NCBI RefSeq assembly: GCF_009914755.1
Contig: NC_060943.1
From: the human T2T-CHM13v2.0 reference genome, Homo sapiens
Strand: one strand, 5' to 3'
DNA: 64,000 nt
The translations under genes were made by a program, and so were the position numbers. Positions within the stretch are counted from its first letter, which is position 1. The number at the start of each line of letters is the position of its first letter. The notes under the pieces were generated by a model. The model was given only the letters and a program-made list of their open reading frames with translations, was not told the origin of the DNA and did no database searches. Positions 56,415 through 64,000 of this stretch are shown one piece after another.

Positions 56415-56483
56415 CATTTCTTGAAGCCCCTGCAACGGTTCCTGAAACCTCAAGACATTGAGATCATCTTTATCAACATTGAG
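56415..56483 (+). CDS. VAV1: VAV1 exon 7 (DH)
   Basis: HFLKPLQRFLKPQDIEIIFINIE; GCAG acceptor, GTGAGC donor; 69 nt. Confidence 0.96.
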
Positions 56484-56664
56484 GTGAGCCGGCCGATCCC
56501 CAGCCCTCTTGGGTCTGTCTAGTGCGGATAACCTGCTGCCCCTACCTCTCCCTGGAGTACGGGGGTTGGGAGTTGAGCGGCATGGGGCGGGTGGATGACC
56601 CTTTCCTTCCTGGCCCCCTGAGCCCTGGGCTCTGGTCCCAGCCCTCACCCTTCCCTCCGAGTAG

Positions 56665-56768
56665 GACCTGCTTCGTGTTCATACTCACTTCCTAAAGGAG
56701 ATGAAGGAAGCCCTGGGCACCCCTGGCGCAGCCAATCTCTACCAGGTCTTCATCAAATACAAGGAGAG
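56665..56768 (+). CDS. VAV1: VAV1 exon 8 (DH)
   Basis: DLLRVHTHFLKEMKEALGTPGAANLYQVFIKYKE(R); TAG acceptor, GTGAGA donor; 104 nt. Confidence 0.96.
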
Positions 56769-57380
56769 GTGAGACCCAGCTGGCCAGACTGAAGCTCTGG
56801 GGTCACTCTGTCTTGCCTAGGCTGGGCATCTGAGAGACCTTACCCTCAGACACCACTGGACGGGGAGGACTTTTTGCTGTGTGTTCATGGGCGAGGGGCT
56901 GCCCATCTCTGGTTCAATTCCCAGCTCTGCTGTGTGGCACTGGGTAGTCACTTAACCTCTCTGTGCTTCTGCTTCCTCATCTGTACATCAGTGGGCCACA
57001 GGAATGTGCCTCCTAGGCTGGTGGTGAGGGTTGACTATACGGATGCACACAGGGCCTGGCACATAGTAGATGCTCAATAAGTATTTGTTAAATGAAGGAA
57101 CATTGGCCAGGTGTGGTGGCTAATGCCTGTAATCCCAGCACTTTGGGAGGCTGAGGCGGGTGGATCATTTAAGGTGAGGAGTTCAAGACCAGGCTGGCCA
57201 ATATGGTGAAACCCCGTCTCCATCGCCTAAAAATACAACTAAAATACAACTAAAAATACAAAAAACAATTAGCTGGGCGTGGTGGCATGCACCTGTAATC
57301 CCAGTTACTCAGGAGAATTGCTTGAACCCGGGAGGCGGAGGTTGCAGTGAGTCAAGATCATGCCACTGGACTCCAGCCTA

Positions 57381-57698
<318 letters not shown>

Positions 57699-57973
57699 TC
57701 AAAAATAAATAAATTAATTAAATTAAATAAAAATAAATAAACATTGGGCAGAGACAATACCAGGTACTGTGGTGAAATTACTGTAGCATTAAATGAGATA
57801 ATGCTACAATAGCCTCACATGGGAGATGCTATTGTTATGCCCATTTCACAGATGGAGAAACTGGGACTCAGGTTTCTTCTCCAGCGGGGAAGAGCAAGGC
57901 CAGGGCTGACGCCAGCCTCTGCCCGACCTTGATGCCAGTCACCTTTACCTGGTGGCCTGTCTTCTCCCTGTAG

Positions 57974-58073
57974 GTTCCTCGTCTATGGCCGCTACTGCAG
58001 CCAGGTGGAGTCAGCCAGCAAACACCTGGACCGTGTGGCCGCAGCCCGGGAGGACGTGCAGATGAAGCTGGAG
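57974..58073 (+). CDS. VAV1: VAV1 exon 9 (DH)
   Basis: FLVYGRYCSQVESASKHLDRVAAAREDVQMKLE; 100 nt. Confidence 0.96.
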
Positions 58074-59438
58074 GTGGGCGCCGGGCCACTTCTCGGGGGC
58101 CTCTCCCGCTCCTCCCCAGGCCCTGGGGGCAGCAGGGAGGACACTGAGTTGCAGATGGTCCACTTTCTGCTGCAGCCCAGCCAGAGATCCACCAAAGGAC
58201 TAGGGAGGGAGGTACTAGCCAGCCAAGCAGAGGAAATGGAGAAGAACAGAAATGGGCTGGCCCTGGGTCTGGGCTGACCCCTGATATCAGGGTGAAGTCC
58301 TGACCCTGAACTGAGCTCTGATCTCACACTCAACCCCAGCCCTGGGCTGAGCCCTAGCACTGATTGTACCCCAAGTCGGGCTGAGCTCCCACTTCTCACT
58401 GAACCCCAATTCCAACCAACCCCTGATCCCAGGCTGAACTTGATCTTGAACTGAACTTCAGCCTGGATCTGTCTGGTGGAAACACAGACAGGGCAGGGGT
58501 GGTGAGGACGGGGGCTCTCCAGATCTGTCCCCCTCCCCATCTCCAGCCCCCCTCAGCAGGCAGAATACTGGACCTCTATCCCAGGCAGCATTTGCCACAT
58601 TCCAGTGGGTTTGTTTGTTTGTTTGTTTTGTTTTGTTTTGTTTTTTTGAGACAGGGTCTCATTCTGTCCCCCAAGCTGGAGTGTAGTGGCATGATCATAG
58701 CTCACCGCAGCCTCGACCTCCTGGACTCAAGCAATCCTCCCAACTCCTACCTTGGCCTCCTGAGTAGCTGGGACTACAGATGCATGCCACCATTCCTGGC
58801 TAATTTTTGTGTTTTTTGTAGAGATGGGGTTTCACCATGTTATCCAGGGTGGTCTCAAACTCCTGGGCTCAAGCGACTCACCCACTCAGCCTCTCAAAGA
58901 GCTAGGATTACAGGCGTGAGCAATCGTGCCCAGCCTCTTCCCATTGCTTTTTTGTTTGTTTGTTTGTCTTTGTTTTTTGAGATGGAGTCTCCCTCTGTCA
59001 CCCAGGTTGGAGTGAAGTGGTGTGATCTCAGCTCAATGCCATCTCTGCCTCCCGGGTTCAAGCAATTCTCCTGCCTCAGTCTCCTGAGTAGCTGGGATTG
59101 CAGGAGTCTGCCACCACGCCAGCTATTTTTTTTTTTTTTCATAGCAGAGACGGGGTTTCCCCGTGTTGGCCAGGCTGGTCTTGAACTCCTGACCTCAAGT
59201 GATCCTCCCGCCTCGGCCTCCCAAAGTTCCTTCCAGTGGTTCTCAAGCTGCCCCCACCTCATGGAGTCCTTTTCCTGTTTCCTTGGGGGCAGATATGATG
59301 CTTTGGCCTCTAGAAAAATTCCCACAGCTCTGGGGTGGAGAGCTGCTCACGTATTTATTCAAATCTATCTGCACCCACCCTGCAACTGGCTGTTTCTGGG
59401 ACCTGCCTCAGTTTCCCCATTGTTCTCTGATTCCCCAG

Positions 59439-59534
59439 GAATGTTCTCAGAGAGCCAACAACGGGAGGTTCACCCTGCGGGACCTGCTGATGGTGCCTAT
59501 GCAGCGAGTTCTCAAATATCACCTCCTTCTCCAG
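59439..59534 (+). CDS. VAV1: VAV1 exon 10 (DH)
   Basis: [32 protein letters not shown], containing the DH-family [12 protein letters not shown] motif; 96 nt. Confidence 0.97.
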
Positions 59535-59781
59535 GTGCCAGGCACATCTCTAGGCGTGGGCTCCACGTACCTACTCTCCTGTGTCTATAAAAGTGGGGAC
59601 GGGGCTGGCTTCTGGGGGTTGGGTCTCTAGGACGCTCGGGGATGGGTCACTGGGGTCATGTCTCAGCCTCCAGGGTCAGCAGTACGATGGAGGAGCTGGT
59701 GAGCTAGCATTGTTTGGAAGGCCCTCCCCGCAGGGAGAAGGGGAGGGGCCCAGGTGACGTCTGACGTCTTGGTTCTCTCAG

Positions 59782-59850
59782 GAGCTGGTGAAACACACGC
59801 AGGAGGCGATGGAGAAGGAGAACCTGCGGCTGGCCCTGGATGCCATGAGG
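59782..59850 (+). CDS. VAV1: VAV1 exon 11 (DH)
   Basis: ELVKHTQEAMEKENLRLALDAMR; donor AGG|GTGAGT; 69 nt. Confidence 0.96.
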
Positions 59851-59984
59851 GTGAGTGGGTGTAGGGTGCTGGTGACTCACCTGCTGCAGACACCCTCCTG
59901 GTAGGGGCTGATCCTCTAGCCGGGATTAGGTAGGAGCCTGGGTCGGCTGTTGGGGGGCCAGGTTCACCCCTGCCCCCTCCCCAG

Positions 59985-60071
59985 GACCTGGCTCAGTGCG
60001 TGAACGAGGTCAAGCGAGACAACGAGACACTGCGACAGATCACCAATTTCCAGCTGTCCATTGAGAACCTG
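59985..60071 (+). CDS. VAV1: VAV1 exon 12 (DH end / linker)
   Basis: DLAQCVNEVKRDNETLRQITNFQLSIENL; 87 nt. Confidence 0.96.
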
Positions 60072-60177
60072 GTGAGGCGGTGGAGCCGGGTGGGCCAGGG
60101 GTGTGGCCACGTGGGGAGAGTGTGTGTCTGGCTCCTTTCTTGGGAGACCCTTGCTAGACCCCCTGCCTACTGCATAG

Positions 60178-60263
60178 GACCAGTCTCTGGCTCACTATGG
60201 CCGGCCCAAGATCGACGGGGAACTCAAGATCACCTCGGTGGAACGGCGCTCCAAGATGGACAG
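60178..60263 (+). CDS. VAV1: VAV1 exon 13 (PH start)
   Basis: DQSLAHYGRPKIDGELKITSVERRSKMD(R); donor CAG|GTGGGT; 86 nt keeps frame with exon 14. Confidence 0.95.
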
Positions 60264-60890
60264 GTGGGTGGAGTCAACATGGATCTGGGATGGAGCCTGG
60301 GCAAAGGGGTGGGACCAGGCTCCTAGATGGGCAGGTGGGTGGAGTCAACACAGATCTGGGTGGAGCCTGGGCAGGGGCGGGGCCGGGCTTCTAGATGGAC
60401 AGGTGGGTGGAGTCGACATAGATCTGGAGCAGAGCCTGGGCAGGGGCAGAGCCAGGCTTCTAGATAGGCAGATGGGTGGAGTCAACACAGATCTGGGAGG
60501 AGCCTGGGCAGGGATGGTGCCAGGCTCCTAGATGAGCAGGTGGGTGGAGTCAACACAGATCTGGGTGGAGCCTGGGCAAGGTGGGGGCCAGGCTCCTAGA
60601 TGGGTAGGTGAGTGGAGCAAACCATATCTGTGGTGGAGCCTGGGTAGGGATGGGGCCAGGTTTCTAGATAGGCAGTTGGGTGGAGTCAACATAGGTCTGG
60701 GGAAGAGCCTGGATAGGGGCGTGGCCAGGCTCCTAGATGGACAGGTGGGTGGAGCCAACACAGATCTGGGGTGGAGCCTGGGTAGGGGTGGGGCCAGGTT
60801 CTTATGTAGACTTGTAGGTGGAATTAAGATGAATTTGGGGAGGGACCTGAGTGGGGGTGAGGCAAGATTTCTAGACAGACAGGTGGTAGA
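60248..60890 (+). repeat. 68-71-bp G-rich minisatellite starting inside exon 13
   Basis: Units start at 60248, 60319, 60387, 60456, 60524, 60592, 60660 and 60729, plus ~2 degenerate units. Confidence 0.92.
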
Positions 60891-61148
60891 CCCATCCAGA
60901 GAAGGCGGTGGAGCCTTGATGGACAGGCAGGACAGGGCCAGCGAGGGGTATGGGTGGAGCGAAGACTGACAGGCAGTAGGGCCAATGCGGATCACGTGGG
61001 TGAAGTCAGGATGGACAGGTGGGCATGGCCAAGTTGGCCAAGGAGGAGGAGAAGGGCAGGGTGGGACCAGGATGTGGAGGAACTGGTCAGAGGGCTGATG
61101 GGGACAGTTGGGAAGAGCCAGACAGGAATGCGTTATCCATCCTTCCAG

Positions 61149-61281
61149 GTATGCCTTCCTGCTCGACAAAGCTCTACTCATCTGTAAGCGCAGGGGAGAC
61201 TCCTATGACCTCAAGGACTTTGTAAACCTGCACAGCTTCCAGGTTCGGGATGACTCTTCAGGAGACCGAGACAACAAGAAG
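61149..61281 (+). CDS. VAV1: VAV1 exon 14 (PH)
   Basis: YAFLLDKALLICKRRGDSYDLKDFVNLHSFQVRDDSSGDRDNKK; 133 nt. Confidence 0.96.
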
Positions 61282-61293
61282 GTGGGGCTTTGA

Positions 61294-61694
<401 letters not shown>

Positions 61695-61703
61695 TAAGCG
61701 TGA

Positions 61704-62163
<460 letters not shown>

Positions 62164-63451
62164 TAGGTGGCTGGGTGCAGTGGCTCATGCCTGTAATCCC
62201 AGTACTTTGGGAGGCCGAGGTGGGAGAATTGCTTGAGCCCAGGAGTTTGAGATCAGCCTGGGCAACATAGGGAGATCCCCGTCTCTACAAAACATAAAAA
62301 AAAATTTAGCTGGGCTTGGTGGCACATGCCTGTAGCCCTAGCTACATGGGAGGCTGAGGTGGGAGGATCGCCTGTGGCTAGGAGTTGGAGGCTGCAGAGA
62401 GCTATGATTGCACTACAGCTAGGACCACAGAGTGAGATCCTGTCTCTATTAAAAAATAAATGAATGAAACAGGAGATGTGGCTGTGGTAGGTGAGGGTGG
62501 GAGGGGGAGCTATCTTACCTCCATTGTTCAGGGACATTCTCTGTGGAAGTGACATTTAAGCTGAGACCCCTCTCCCTCTCGGCTCTTCCTTACTTCCTTC
62601 TGCTTTTTCTCCTGTGAACTCTTCCGTTCGCTTCAGTTTTTGCCCTGGAGTTCCCCCTGTGCTCTGGTCTGTGGCTTCTCTATTTCTTTTTTTGAGACGG
62701 AGCCTCGCTCTGTCACCAGGCTGGAGTGCAGAGGCATGATCTCGGCTCACTGCAACCTCCGCCTCCTGAGTTCAAGAGATTCTCCTACCTCAGCCTCCTG
62801 AGTAGCTGGGATTACAGGTGCCCGCCACCACGCCCAGCTAATTTTTTTGTATTTTTAGTAGAGACGGAGTTTCACCACATTGGTCAGGCTGGTCTCAAAC
62901 TCCTGACCTCGTGATCCGCCCACCTCAGCCTCCCAAAATGCTGGGATTACAGGTGTAAGCCACCGCGCCCGGCTGGCTTCTCTATTTCTCAACCTGTGTC
63001 TCCCTCGAGGAGCCAGTTGCTGTCTTGTAACTGCCTGCTTACAGCATCCGTCTCTCCTACCAGGCTGGAGCTCTGGGGACCACATCCTATTCACTGCTCT
63101 GTCCCCAGCTCCTAGCAGTGTCTGTTTCTCAGCAGGTGCTGCACCAATGCTTTGTTGAACAGAAAAATCGATGATGAGTGACATGCTGTGTCTGGTGTGT
63201 GCTTCTGCAAAGGGGAGTGTGTGTGTGTGTGTGTGTGTGTGCATGTGCACGCCTGCGTATGTGGTTTTGGGTTTATGGTTGTGTATTTGGATATCCTAGA
63301 AAGCCCTTTTACAAGGATATCCATGCATGGTGCTAGGGGCATAGAGACTGTCATGGGCTTGCCTGTTCCCTACAGAGGGAGGGGTGGGTGGGTGTGTGCT
63401 CCCACCCTCTGCGGGGGCAGTGCCTTCAGTCTGAGCTCTGCTTCCCTGCAG

Positions 63452-63561
63452 TGGAGCCACATGTTCCTCCTGATCGAGGACCAAGGTGCCCAGGGCTATG
63501 AGCTGTTCTTCAAGACAAGAGAATTGAAGAAGAAGTGGATGGAGCAGTTTGAGATGGCCAT
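63452..63561 (+). CDS. VAV1: VAV1 exon 15 (PH end); gene continues beyond window
   Basis: [36 protein letters not shown](I); donor GTGAGT; 110 nt. Confidence 0.96.
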
Positions 63562-63769
63562 GTGAGTCCCCGTCTTCCTCCCTCTTTCTGTCCACAGAGG
63601 GGCAGGGGCTGGGAAGGAGGAACGTGATCTAGTCCCTACTCTGTCCTGACATGCCATGGGACCACTCTGAACCACAGTCTCTTCATTTGGGAAATAAGAG
63701 GGACAGGCCCAAGGCTGTCTTCATCCTTGGAATGCAGGGGTTGTGTGCAAGCTTCAGTTACCAGCCCAG

Positions 63770-64000
63770 ACTCTTCTCCTTTCCTCCTCCTCTTTCTTGT
63801 TCTCCTCTCCTCTTCCTTCTCCTCCTTCTGGTTTCCTTCCTCCTCCTCCTCCTCTTTCTCCTTCTCCTTTCCTCCTCCTCTTTCCTCCTCCTCCCCTTCC
63901 TCTTCTTCTTCCTCCTCCTCTCCTTCCTCCCCTTCCTCCTCCTCGCCCTCCTCTTCCTCTTCCTCCTATTCCTCCTCCACCTCTTCTTCCTCCTCCTCCC
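63770..64000. repeat. (CCT/TCC)n polypyrimidine low-complexity tract
   Basis: Almost pure C/T to the window end. Confidence 0.9.

Noticed and set aside
58499-59590. 363-aa ORF
   Set aside because: Mostly two antisense Alus, crossing exon 10 out of frame
59755-59768. Tandem TGACGTC CRE-like motif
   Set aside because: Coincides with the expected branch-point region of exon 11 (CTGAC); no other support
60326-60334. TAG|ATGGGCAG|GT 8-nt micro-exons within the repeat units
   Set aside because: No polypyrimidine tract or branch point upstream, so the acceptor is implausible
60238-61181. Several 65-217 aa ORFs in intron 13
   Set aside because: Products of the G-rich minisatellite; only the splice-donor aspect was kept

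Overview
Primate (almost certainly human) euchromatic DNA holding the promoter and coding exons 1-15 of VAV1, the haematopoietic Rac/Rho GEF, on the + strand. The 15 exons have GT-AG boundaries and join into one open frame of 1508 nt (codons 1-503): CH domain, acidic region with Y142/Y160/Y174, DH domain and PH domain. The gene continues past the window end. Intron 1 (4405-52063, 47.7 kb) is packed with Alus plus L1, L2/MIR, MaLR/ERV LTRs and DNA transposon fossils. Almost every other entry in the ORF track is an Alu or simple-repeat artefact. I found no evidence for a new gene system. The best leads are non-coding: (1) an orphan ~172-bp-period alpha-satellite fragment in intron 1; (2) an intron-13 minisatellite that repeats the exon-13 splice donor, with every decoy unproductive; (3) a CpG/Sp/NRF1 promoter-like patch at exons 5-6, next to Met189, which could give a de-repressed N-truncated VAV1; (4) a palindromic 30-bp VNTR carrying MYB, PBX-HOX and AATAAA motifs; (5) perfect template-switch-like hairpins; (6) a 3'-truncated U3 retrocopy. 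Repeat family names come from remembered consensus sequences and need RepeatMasker/Dfam confirmation.
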